Shown piece by piece: positions 35,779 to 44,520 of a stretch of DNA of 64,000 nucleotides. A model generated the notes under the pieces. The model had not been told where the DNA came from. It saw only the letters and a list, made by a program, of their open reading frames with translations, and made no database searches. Both the position numbers and the translations under genes were made by a program. The stretch is taken from positions 10,535-74,534 of the IMG/VR virus record IMGVR_UViG_3300006155_000013; one strand, written 5' to 3'. This DNA comes from a virus (Duplodnaviria > Caudoviricetes). The first letter of the stretch is position 1; each line of letters opens with the position of its first letter.

Positions 35779-36166
35779 ATGCTTCCTCCCTATGCTCCCC
35801 CCCACCGCCACCCACCAGGAGAAGCAGGTGCGGGTGGTCAATGGAAAACCCGTCTTCTACGACCCGCCGGCGGTCCGGGACGCCCGGGCGAAGCTCACCG
35901 CCCACCTGAGCGCCCACAGGCCGGAGAAGCCCATGCGTGGCGCGGTGCGGCTGGTAGTCAAGTGGTGCTTCCCCAGAGGACAGCACGCCGACGGAGCGTA
36001 CCGGATCACCAAGCCCGATACGGACAACCTCCAGAAGCTCCTCAAGGACTGCATGACCCGGGTGGGGTTCTGGAGGGACGACGCCCAGGTGGCCTCTGAG
36101 GTCTGCGAGAAATTCTGGGCCGAGGTCCCAGGCATCTACATCCGCGCCGAGGAGGTGGGCCCGTGA
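35768..36166 (+). CDS. rusA: RusA-like Holliday junction resolvase
   Basis: KPDTDNLQKLLKD...DDAQV motif. Confidence 0.9.
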   Translation: MRIECFLPMLPPTATHQEKQVRVVNGKPVFYDPPAVRDARAKLTAHLSAHRPEKPMRGAVRLVVKWCFPRGQHADGAYRITKPDTDNLQKLLKDCMTRVGFWRDDAQVASEVCEKFWAEVPGIYIRAEEVGP

Positions 36167-36525
36167 ACGAGCAGTGGGATTTTCCCTTCGAGCGGGAGGC
36201 CGCGCAGAACATCCTGCCGCCGGACCTCTCCCTCTCGGACCAGATGGCCTACAGCGCCCTTCGGAACATCTATCGGGCGTTCCGGGCCGGGGATATCGGT
36301 CGGGACCGGGCCGGGGAGGAGAAGCGGCGTCTGCGCCGTGCCTGGGAGCAGGCCAAGGAGGCCGAAGCCCTGGAGAAGAGACTCCTGGACTACCATGTGC
36401 GGCTCATCCGGGGCGCGGAGCTGGCCATCATCAGGTGCAGGAAGGATCCGACGGCGGAGAACGCCCTGTACCTGTGCAATGTGCTGGATGGGTTCGAGAG
36501 GCCGGAGGTGGGCACATGGTCATGA
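36163..36525 (+). CDS. Hypothetical protein
   Basis: GTGA overlap; 120 aa. Confidence 0.65.
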   Translation: MNEQWDFPFEREAAQNILPPDLSLSDQMAYSALRNIYRAFRAGDIGRDRAGEEKRRLRRAWEQAKEAEALEKRLLDYHVRLIRGAELAIIRCRKDPTAENALYLCNVLDGFERPEVGTWS

Positions 36526-36893
36526 CCAATGAGGAGATCGTCCGGGACTACCTCCAGGCCCGGAACAAGAGCAAACAGATCAGGATTTTGGCGGACCTGA
36601 ACCAGACCACCAAGGCGGAAATCAGGCAGATTCTCGCGTCGGAGGGCGCAGAGGCCGTAGAGGCAAATAAACGGCCTTTAAAGCCCCTTAATCCTAAGAT
36701 GAAGAATGACACGGTGGAGAAGCTGGAGGCCCCCAAAACAGAAATCTATGGCCAAATAGAGGCTATCCTCGCAGAACTGCCGGAGGATATGGGCGTCAAA
36801 GCCCGCTAGGCCGCCGGGAAGATGCTGGCGGAGATGTTCGCGGAGTACCTGAAGATGCGGCTGAGGCTGGAAGACGAAGGAGGGACGGCATGA
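36516..36893 (+). pseudogene. Hypothetical protein interrupted by TAG at 36807
   Basis: MTNEEIVRDY...KQIRILADLN; frame continues past TAG to a TGA that overlaps the next ATG (ATGA). Confidence 0.6.
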
Positions 36894-37213
36894 AAAAGAA
36901 CGGATATCTCCAGCGCATGGAGCGCAAAAACGAGGGCAAATATCGGCAGGCGTTCCTGGGGAAGATGGACACGCTCCAGCAGAAGTGCGTGGACGCGGCA
37001 TTCCTGGCGGCGGCGGACGTGTTTGAGATAGGTCCCGGGCGCTGTGAGAAGTTCGGCACGGCTATGATGGACTATCTGCACGAGATGGCCCGCCTCATGG
37101 TCGAGGACGCCCGGGACGACCCGGGCATGGTCTACACCAAGGAGGCGGTGGACCGCAGGCTCAGGAAAATCTGCGGGGAGAAGTTTGAGCCCTGGGAGGT
37201 GAGATACAAGTGA
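36890..37213 (+). CDS. Hypothetical protein
   Basis: C-terminal VDRRLRKICGEKFEPWEVRY. Confidence 0.65.
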   Translation: MKKNGYLQRMERKNEGKYRQAFLGKMDTLQQKCVDAAFLAAADVFEIGPGRCEKFGTAMMDYLHEMARLMVEDARDDPGMVYTKEAVDRRLRKICGEKFEPWEVRYK

Positions 37214-37554
37214 TAACGGATCTACAAATGACATATGCCGCTTTTGATTTGTGGCTGAGCGCCGAAGGAGAGGATAACCGTGCAGAGCTGGAACGGGTCA
37301 AGCGGATTCTTCCGATGATTTTGGAGGAATGCTGTACCGTAAAGCAGATGGAGTACATCACCCTCTATTTCATCGAAAAGATGACGATGAAAGAAATCGC
37401 TTCTCTCTGTGGCGTCACCAAGTCTTCGGTATGCAGGGGTATCAACCGCGGACTTGACAGAGCATATCCGTATCTCAAATTCTGCTCTCCGCTGTTTATC
37501 AAAGCTCCGCAGAAAAAAGAACGTCTGAGAACGGGGAGGAGGTTGAGGAAATGA
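37210..37554 (+). CDS. Sigma70 region-4-like HTH (late activator candidate)
   Basis: YFIEKMTMKEIASLCGVTKSSVCRGINRG. Confidence 0.75.
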   Translation: MITDLQMTYAAFDLWLSAEGEDNRAELERVKRILPMILEECCTVKQMEYITLYFIEKMTMKEIASLCGVTKSSVCRGINRGLDRAYPYLKFCSPLFIKAPQKKERLRTGRRLRK

Positions 37555-37898
37555 CCAGAGAGGAAGCGGCAGAAATCCTGGACGGGCGCAATATCGTGGG
37601 CCGCGCCGCATACCTGGAGGCGCTGGAGGTAGCGGCGAATGCTCTGTGCGAAAGCGCCGCCCTCCGCGCTGACGCTCCGCCTCCCAACGGCCCGCTGACC
37701 ATGGAGGAGCTGCGGGAGATGGCAGAAACACATGAGCCTGTTTGGTGTACCCATAAAAATGGATATGTGTTCATTGCAACGACAAAAACCGAACCCTATA
37801 ACCAGGTCTGGTTTTTTAACCACAAAGGATTTTGGGATACGGTCCTATATTATCACACAAAATTCTACCGCCGCAGGCCGGAGGAGGGGACGGTATGA
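37551..37898 (+). CDS. Hypothetical protein
   Basis: NGPLTMEELREM...PVW motif. Confidence 0.6.
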   Translation: MTREEAAEILDGRNIVGRAAYLEALEVAANALCESAALRADAPPPNGPLTMEELREMAETHEPVWCTHKNGYVFIATTKTEPYNQVWFFNHKGFWDTVLYYHTKFYRRRPEEGTV

Positions 37899-38197
37899 CA
37901 GAGCATGTAGAAAGCCATTCCGAGCGTGAAATTGTAAACAGCTGTGTCTCTCTGATGCAGGAACTGGTTGGATATTTTGAGGACTATTTGGACTTCATGG
38001 GAATTATCCCTCAGAATGAAGAAGAGCGTTTTCAGGTGGAGCTTTCCTACTTCCACATTGTCAACAGGCTCCTGCTTTGGGAAACCAGCCATAGCGGAGG
38101 GACGTCCACAAGGGAGAAATGTGATGAGCTGGGATTTGACTCCAGCGATTGCGTTACATTTGAGGATGAGCGATACAAGCAGGAGGAAGAGACATGA
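37895..38197 (+). CDS. Hypothetical protein (lower GC)
   Basis: ATGA overlap. Confidence 0.55.
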   Translation: MTEHVESHSEREIVNSCVSLMQELVGYFEDYLDFMGIIPQNEEERFQVELSYFHIVNRLLLWETSHSGGTSTREKCDELGFDSSDCVTFEDERYKQEEET

Positions 38198-38300
38198 CAA
38201 TCGATTGGCTGTACATTGGTTATGTTCTTGGCGTTGTGACGGCGGCTTGGATTTGTCCTGCGGCAGATAGCGCATTTAAGGCATGGAGGCGCAGAGGGAA

Positions 38301-38870
38301 ATGAAGCCGATACTGCTCAAAACCGAAATGGTCCGCGCCATTCTGGATGGCCGCAAGACGGTGGCGCGGCAGGTGGTGAAGCCGCAGCCAGGAAATCGTC
38401 TTGTTCCAATGCCTGTTGAGTCATGTTGGCCCGGATATTTTGGGGAGTGTGGCACATCCCGCGTTATAGGTCCACCCTACCGCCCCGGCAACATCCTGTA
38501 TGTGCGGGAGACGTGGCAGCAGGGGCTTGGCGGAACCTATCTCTACAAGGCCAGCGCTGGGCTTGACCTGTTTATGAACAAAGAAGGAAATCTTGTGTCC
38601 AACATTCCGTGGTGCCCCTCCATCCATATGCCCCGGGAGGCGGCGCGGATTTTCCTGCGGGTGACGGATGTGCGGGTGGAGCGGTTGCAGGGGATTGATG
38701 ATGATGGAGTTGTTGCCGAGGGGCTGGAGATTGGCGCTCCCTTCGATGAGCTCTGGGATAGCACCATCAAGCCCGCAGACCGTGCCCTCTACGGCTGGGA
38801 GGCGAATCCCTGGGTGTGGGTTATAGAGTTCGAGCGGATCAGCAGGGAGGAGGCGCGGCGCGATGCCTGA
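38301..38870 (+). CDS. ASCH-like domain protein
   Basis: MKPILLKTEMVRAILDGRKT...YVRETW...PSIHMPREAARIFL...NPWVWVIEF. Confidence 0.8.
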   Translation: MKPILLKTEMVRAILDGRKTVARQVVKPQPGNRLVPMPVESCWPGYFGECGTSRVIGPPYRPGNILYVRETWQQGLGGTYLYKASAGLDLFMNKEGNLVSNIPWCPSIHMPREAARIFLRVTDVRVERLQGIDDDGVVAEGLEIGAPFDELWDSTIKPADRALYGWEANPWVWVIEFERISREEARRDA

Positions 38871-39010
38871 TCTCTACGCCAAAGCCCTCCCCGCCAGACC
38901 GAAGAAGAAGCGCCTCCCCCGCAAGTGCTCCACCTGCGCAGACCGGGAATGCAAGCAGAGAGGGCGGGTGTGCGACTGGAAGCACTGCGGGAAGTGGAAG
39001 GTGGAACCAA

Positions 39011-39220
39011 ATGAAACCCGATAACCCATTCCGAAAAGGCACTCTGATCTGGTCAGTGATGGAAGGGGACTGGTCCGACCTGACGCCGAAGCAGATCGGC
39101 GAGGTCCTGGGCACCAGCGGGCGGTCCGTAACCGCGCAGATCACCAAGATCAGGCATCGGACCGGATACGACGTCCCGTACAGGAGGAACAGCCGGGGCA
39201 GGAGGCAAAAAAGCGACTGA
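39011..39220 (+). CDS. Small HTH protein
   Basis: WSDLTPKQIGEVLGTSGRSVTAQI. Confidence 0.6.
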   Translation: MKPDNPFRKGTLIWSVMEGDWSDLTPKQIGEVLGTSGRSVTAQITKIRHRTGYDVPYRRNSRGRRQKSD

Positions 39221-39266
39221 TTCAGAAAAGCGGTCGCACTTTGCTCTACCCGCCGCCGCCCCGCCG

Positions 39267-39275
39267 TGCTATACT
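39267..39275 (+). promoter_or_regulatory. Extended -10 box, candidate late promoter
   Basis: TGCTATACT 33 nt before the terminase small subunit; no -35 at normal spacing. Confidence 0.45.
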
Positions 39276-39307
39276 GGAACCATTTCAAACAGGATGGCGG
39301 TGAGATC

Positions 39308-39763
39308 ATGGCCCGGCCCAGAAAATTCAAGACCCCGAAAGCCCTCTCCGACGCCTGGGAGGACTACAAAGCCTGGTGCGACAGCCGGACGGTGCTGACC
39401 CACGATTTCAGCGCCAAAAATTCGGAGTTTGTCAGCGCGGAGCTCAAGCGCAGCGTGACCTACACCATTGAGGGCTTCTGCGTGTGGGCGGGCATCTCCC
39501 GCACCGCTTTTTACGAGTATTATGCGTCTGACAGGCGCTATGTTGACATCGTCACGCGCATGAGGGAGGCCTGCGAGGTGGACGCCCGGCACAAGTTCGA
39601 GCTGGGGGTCATCGACCCGAAGCTGGCCTCCCTCTGGATGGGGCGGCACGGCTACGGCGTAAAGACCGAGGCCGTCTCCCCGGACCAGCGGGAGGACGAC
39701 CCCATCACCCGGAGCCTGAAGGAGGCGGCCCATGTTCTCACCGAAACAGATCGCGGTCCTTAA
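39308..39763 (+). CDS. terS: Terminase small subunit
   Basis: MARPRKFKTP...YTIEGFCVWAGISR; precedes TerL. Confidence 0.8.
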   Translation: MARPRKFKTPKALSDAWEDYKAWCDSRTVLTHDFSAKNSEFVSAELKRSVTYTIEGFCVWAGISRTAFYEYYASDRRYVDIVTRMREACEVDARHKFELGVIDPKLASLWMGRHGYGVKTEAVSPDQREDDPITRSLKEAAHVLTETDRGP

Positions 39764-40970
39764 GTGGCCCTACACCGGAAAGCGGGCCCTCATCTGCGAC
39801 GGCGCGGTGCGCGCGGGCAAGACCAGCGTCATGAGCGTGAGCTTCCTCCTCTGGGCCATGGGGGCCTTTGACCGGCAGAGCTTCGCTCTCTGCGGCAAGA
39901 CGGTGGGCAGCGCGGAGCGGAACATCATCCAGCCGCTTCTCGCCGTGGGCTACCTGCAAGAGCATTTTGCCCTGAGCTACTCCCGGTCGGAGCACGTGCT
40001 CACCGTCAACCGGGGCCAAAAGACGAACCGCTTCTACGTCTTTGGCGGCCGGGACGAGGGCTCCTACATGCTCATCCAGGGCATCACCTTGGCGGGGGTG
40101 CTCCTGGACGAGGTGGCCCTCATGCCCCGGTCCTTTGTGGAGCAGGCCCTGGCCCGGTGCAGCGTGTCTGGGGCAAAGCTCTGGTTCAACTGCAACCCGG
40201 ACGTTCCGGAGCACTGGTTCCGGAAGGAGTGGCTCCTGAAGCTTCAGGAGAAGGACGCCACCCACCTCCACTTCCGCATGGAGGACAACCCCGGCCTCTC
40301 CCCGGAGACCCTGGAGATGTACCGGAACCTCTACACCGGGGTTTTCAAGCGCCGCTACATCGACGGCGAGTGGACCGCCGGGGACGGCCTTATCTACGAT
40401 ATGTTCGACCCGGAGGACAACACCTACGGCGATACGGACCGCCCCAAGGGCCTGGAGTACGTCTCCAGCCGGACCATCGCCTGTGATTACGGCACCGCCA
40501 ACCCCTGCGTGTTTCTGGATATCTACGACGACGGGGAGACGGTCTGGGTGGACAATGAGTACCGCTGGGACAGCCGGAAGGAGCTCCGGCAGAAGACGGA
40601 CGGGGAGTACGCGGACGCCTTTGAGGACTTCATGGGGCCGGACCCCCAGCACTTCTGCCCGGCGGTGGTGGACCCGTCGGCGGCGAGCTTCATCGCGGAG
40701 CTCCAGCGCCGGGGGGTCTACACCCTCCAGGGGGACAACGACGTCCCGGACGGCATCCGGCGGGTGAGCTCCCTGCTGGGACGGCGGGTCATTCGCATCC
40801 ACCGGGAGCGGTGCGGGGGGCTCCTGGGGGAGCTGGGCAGCTACGTCTGGGACAGCAAGGCGGCGGCGCTGGGGGTGGAGCGCCCGGTGAAGGCTCTGGA
40901 CCACGGCCCCGACGCCCTGCGGTACTACGTCAATACCTGCGTGCCCAAATGGCGCTATGGGGAGGAGTGA
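39732..40970 (+). CDS. terL: PBSX-family terminase large subunit
   Basis: GAVRAGKT, LLDEVA, DYGTANP, VVDPSA, DHGPDALRY. Confidence 0.95.
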   Translation: MFSPKQIAVLKWPYTGKRALICDGAVRAGKTSVMSVSFLLWAMGAFDRQSFALCGKTVGSAERNIIQPLLAVGYLQEHFALSYSRSEHVLTVNRGQKTNRFYVFGGRDEGSYMLIQGITLAGVLLDEVALMPRSFVEQALARCSVSGAKLWFNCNPDVPEHWFRKEWLLKLQEKDATHLHFRMEDNPGLSPETLEMYRNLYTGVFKRRYIDGEWTAGDGLIYDMFDPEDNTYGDTDRPKGLEYVSSRTIACDYGTANPCVFLDIYDDGETVWVDNEYRWDSRKELRQKTDGEYADAFEDFMGPDPQHFCPAVVDPSAASFIAELQRRGVYTLQGDNDVPDGIRRVSSLLGRRVIRIHRERCGGLLGELGSYVWDSKAAALGVERPVKALDHGPDALRYYVNTCVPKWRYGEE

Positions 40971-42411
40971 TCGCTTGTCCAGACGCCGGAAATCGAAACC
41001 GAATATCCCGCCCTCCGGGCTCACCGCCGTCCACGACGCGTTCTCGAACCCCCTCTTCCGCCTGGGGTACGGCTCCCAGTCCCCCCTGGAGGCCACGGAG
41101 TACCCAGCCATCCGGCTGACGGGGAACTACGCGCTGATGAACAGCCTCTACCGGGACAACTGGGTGGTGCAGAACGTGGTCGGCATCATCCCGGACGACA
41201 TGACCAAGAAGTGGTTCATGGCAGCGGGGGCCCTCTCGCCGGAGCAGCGTGCCGCCCTGGACGCCGTCCAACGGCGCACGGGCCTGCGGGAGAGCGTCAA
41301 CGAGGGCCTGCGCTGGGGCCGTCTCTACGGCGGCGCGGCAGGCATCCTCTGGATCAGGGGGCAGGAGGCCCTGCTGGAGCGCCCCCTGGACCTGGAGAGC
41401 ATCCTGCCCGGCGCCTTCGAGGGCCTCTACATCCTGGACCGCTGGTGCGGCATCGCGCCGGAGGCGGGGGAGGTGTTCCTCCAGGGCAGGCCGGAGCCGG
41501 AATATTACACCGTCCGCTTCCCCGACGGACGCACCGCCGCCCGGGTCCACCACAGCAGGGTGGTCCGCTTCACGGGCCGGGAGCTGCCGTACCTGGAGCG
41601 GATGGCGGAGCAGGGCTGGGGGGCCTCGGAGGTGGAGAGCCTGTACCGGGAGGTGGTCCAGTACGACAACACCACCGCCAACATGGCGGCGCTGACCTTC
41701 CGGGCCAACATCGACACCATGGAGGTCCAGAACCTGGACCAGCTGTTCTCCCTGGCCTCCGGGGAGGCCCAGCGGCGCTTCTGGAACGTGATGCAGGCCC
41801 AGAGCGTGCTACGCTCCAACTTCGGCTACCAGCTGGTGAACAAAGGGGACCAGGTGAAAAACACCCAGTACACCTTCACCGGCCTCTCCGACGTCCACGA
41901 GAGTATGTGCCTGAGCCTCTCGGGGGCGAGCCGCATCCCCATGACGAAGCTCTTCGGCCGGGCCCCGGCGGGGATGAACGCCACCGGGGAGAGCGACCTG
42001 CAAAACTACTACGACTACGTGGACACCCTCCGGGAGAGCGTCCTCGCCCCTATCCTGCGGCGGCTTTTGCCGGTGCTGTGTATGTCGGCCCTGGGGACGG
42101 TGCCGGAGGACATCGACCTGACCTTCCCGCCCCTCTGGACCCCCACGGCCCGGGAGGTGGCGGAGATCGCAAGGGACAAGGCGGAGACAGTGGCCGCGGT
42201 CTTTCAGGCGGGGCTTCTCCAGGCGGACACGGCGGCCCGGGAGCTCAAGAAGCTCTCCGGGGAGACGGGGCTCTTCGACAGCATCACCGATCAGGAGATC
42301 GCCGCCCTGCGGGGGAAGAGCTACCAGGATGTCACCGCTTTGCGGGACCCCCTCGCGGGGCTGAGCTGGGAGGAGGAGCCGGATGCCGAAGCTGACGCGC
42401 GGCCCGGCTGA
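40957..42411 (+). CDS. Portal protein (DUF1073-like)
   Basis: Follows TerL; RIPMTKLFGRAPAGMNATGESDLQNYYDYV. Confidence 0.88.
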   Translation: MGRSDRLSRRRKSKPNIPPSGLTAVHDAFSNPLFRLGYGSQSPLEATEYPAIRLTGNYALMNSLYRDNWVVQNVVGIIPDDMTKKWFMAAGALSPEQRAALDAVQRRTGLRESVNEGLRWGRLYGGAAGILWIRGQEALLERPLDLESILPGAFEGLYILDRWCGIAPEAGEVFLQGRPEPEYYTVRFPDGRTAARVHHSRVVRFTGRELPYLERMAEQGWGASEVESLYREVVQYDNTTANMAALTFRANIDTMEVQNLDQLFSLASGEAQRRFWNVMQAQSVLRSNFGYQLVNKGDQVKNTQYTFTGLSDVHESMCLSLSGASRIPMTKLFGRAPAGMNATGESDLQNYYDYVDTLRESVLAPILRRLLPVLCMSALGTVPEDIDLTFPPLWTPTAREVAEIARDKAETVAAVFQAGLLQADTAARELKKLSGETGLFDSITDQEIAALRGKSYQDVTALRDPLAGLSWEEEPDAEADARPG

Positions 42412-44143
42412 GCGGGAGCTCCAGCGGCTGATTGAGCTCTTTTTGCAGGCGGAGACGGATATCATCAACGAGATCGGCCGCCTGCGCTCCCTGGGCCTGG
42501 TGGACTACCACGCGGAGGCCGCGCTGGAGCGGGTCCAGGCCATCCTGCGGAAGCTGGAGACGGACTGCTGGACCTATGTGCCCCGGATGATCGAAACCCA
42601 GTTCTACGTCCGCCATCCAGAGGCCCGCAGGCCCCTGGAGGAGCCGGAGACGCCGGAGAAGCACCTGCGGGCCTATCAGAACGCCCGCTCCCTCACTGGG
42701 GAGCAGACGGACATCGCCGCCCGCCTGACCATGAACCTCATGGGGCAGATCACGGAGGCGGACGCCGTCGCCGCGGCCACCCTCGCGGACGCCCTCCTGG
42801 GCCGGGCGGAGCCGGACGTCTTCCGCCGCACCGGCCTGGAGCAGACCGCCCGCATGGCGGCGGCGGGCCGGGGGGCGTACCGGGCTCTGCCGGGGTTCGT
42901 GGAGGCCCTGCGCCGGGAGGGCGTGACGGCCTTCGTGGACAGGGCGGGGCGGCGCTGGAGCCTCCACACCTACGGAAGCATGGTCCTGCGGACCACCAGC
43001 CGTCAGGCGGAGATCATGGCCGTGCTGACAGCGGACCCGGACCACGACCTCTACCAGATCAGCGCCCACGGCACCACCTGCCGCCTGTGCGCGGGTCTGG
43101 AGGGCCGGGTGTACTCCAAAAGCGGCACGGACCCGGATTTCCCGCCCCTCGCGGCGGCCTTCGGGAAGATGGACCCGGCTGGGCCGGACACCCTCGCCAA
43201 CTCCTGGCTGAACATCCACCCCAACTGCCTCCACCAGCTCCGCCGCTGGACGCCCATGGGCCGTAGCGCGGAGGAGGTGCAGAAGATCAAGGACTTCTCC
43301 AGCTTTGAGAAAAATCCTCCGGACCGGGACCCCAGGACCGAGAAGCAGATCCGGGCGTACCGGGAGAAGGAGGCGAACCGCGCCCGCTATCTCCGGGACT
43401 ACCGGCAGTGGGAGCAGTACCGGGAGGCCCTGGGGAAGGCCGCGCCGGGGACCTTCGAGACCTTCCGGCGGCACAAGTACGCCGTTACGGACCCGGAGAC
43501 CGGGAAGCGGGGCGGGGATGAGAAGTTCAGAGGGTGGGCGGCGGCGTACCGGAAGAGGAACGGCCTTGCAAATCTCGCCGAACGTGATATACTGAAAGAT
43601 ACAAGGTACAAGGCAATTCCGGTCACAGATGAAGCCATCCAGCGCGTCCCGCGAATCAGGCCGCAGGGCTGGAGCGCCAAGCAGGCGGAACAGCTACAGG
43701 AGGCCCACCGGGAGCTGCTTCGGGCTGTGAAAGATAAACCGGTGGGGACGGAGGCCGGGGCGGTTTATACGCCGGATATGCAGCTAATCGAGCGGCGTGT
43801 TGGAAAAGATGCAGACCAGACGGTTTCACTGCCGCATTGCACACTGCCGCATATTTCGATTCACAGTCATCCAAGCGGAGAGGTTTTCAGCGCTAAAGAT
43901 TTGGAAACCTTCTTCTATAACGAAAACATGAATGGTATGACCGTAGTTGGGAATTCCGGGAAGGTATACGCCATCCTGAAATCTGCGGAATACGACGGAT
44001 TTCGGTTTGGCGCGGCATTTTTTGATATGTCGATTCAATTAAAGGCCGCTGTGAAAGATCAAGAACCGGATAGATATATCAATATCATAAAAAATTTTCT
44101 GAAAGGAGCGTCCCAATATGGAGCATACTTTGTCGAAAGCTGA
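42383..44143 (+). CDS. Minor capsid (MuF-like position) protein with C-terminal JAB-like extension
   Basis: After portal; CRLC...HPNCLH; low-GC C-terminus with E...HSHPSGEVFSAKD. Confidence 0.8.
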   Translation: MPKLTRGPAERELQRLIELFLQAETDIINEIGRLRSLGLVDYHAEAALERVQAILRKLETDCWTYVPRMIETQFYVRHPEARRPLEEPETPEKHLRAYQNARSLTGEQTDIAARLTMNLMGQITEADAVAAATLADALLGRAEPDVFRRTGLEQTARMAAAGRGAYRALPGFVEALRREGVTAFVDRAGRRWSLHTYGSMVLRTTSRQAEIMAVLTADPDHDLYQISAHGTTCRLCAGLEGRVYSKSGTDPDFPPLAAAFGKMDPAGPDTLANSWLNIHPNCLHQLRRWTPMGRSAEEVQKIKDFSSFEKNPPDRDPRTEKQIRAYREKEANRARYLRDYRQWEQYREALGKAAPGTFETFRRHKYAVTDPETGKRGGDEKFRGWAAAYRKRNGLANLAERDILKDTRYKAIPVTDEAIQRVPRIRPQGWSAKQAEQLQEAHRELLRAVKDKPVGTEAGAVYTPDMQLIERRVGKDADQTVSLPHCTLPHISIHSHPSGEVFSAKDLETFFYNENMNGMTVVGNSGKVYAILKSAEYDGFRFGAAFFDMSIQLKAAVKDQEPDRYINIIKNFLKGASQYGAYFVES

Positions 44144-44297
44144 ACGTAAAGAGCTTGAGGACGCGCTGGCGGCCGCCATACCGTACACAGAAGATGAGAT
44201 GTGTGTACTGGATGGGGAAGAAGATTTGGATAGGATAAGAGCCACACTGGCAAAGAAGCTTCTTGAAATGGCGGGGGAGAACAAGGAGGAGCCATGA
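44118..44297 (+). CDS. Small acidic protein, candidate immunity protein
   Basis: RBS GAAAGGAG; MEHTLSKAERKELEDALAAAIPYTEDEM...; overlaps the upstream gene. Confidence 0.6.
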   Translation: MEHTLSKAERKELEDALAAAIPYTEDEMCVLDGEEDLDRIRATLAKKLLEMAGENKEEP

Positions 44298-44422
44298 CGC
44301 AGCAAATGATCCGCTGCATAGAGGCGGCCCTCGCGGCGGGGCACCGGGTGCAGCTCAAGCAGCTCAAGGACGGTACCATCAAGGTACAGATCGTGTTCCA
44401 GAAGGAACTGAAAATTTCATAA
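44294..44422 (+). CDS. Small hypothetical protein (42 aa)
   Basis: MTQQMIRCIEAALAAGHRVQLKQLKDGTIKV; RBS AAGGAGG. Confidence 0.55.
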   Translation: MTQQMIRCIEAALAAGHRVQLKQLKDGTIKVQIVFQKELKIS

Positions 44423-44461
44423 CGCGCCCACGGTATAATGGGATACCGGGAAGGACCGATC

Positions 44462-44507
44462 GGGGTCAGCTTGCGGGGAAACCTGCGGGCTGACCCCCTT
44501 TTATTTT
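44462..44507 (+). terminator. Long GAAA-capped hairpin plus T-tract before the head morphogenesis gene
   Basis: GGGGTCAGCTTGCGGG-GAAA-CCTGCGGGCTGACCCC-CTTTTATTTT. Confidence 0.75.
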
Positions 44508-44520
44508 GCGAGGTGATGGA

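Noticed and set aside
40957-42411. Anti-CBASS (Acb1-like) call sometimes attached to DUF1073 proteins
   Set aside because: Position between TerL and minor capsid and its size indicate a portal. No separate phosphodiesterase domain was recognised.
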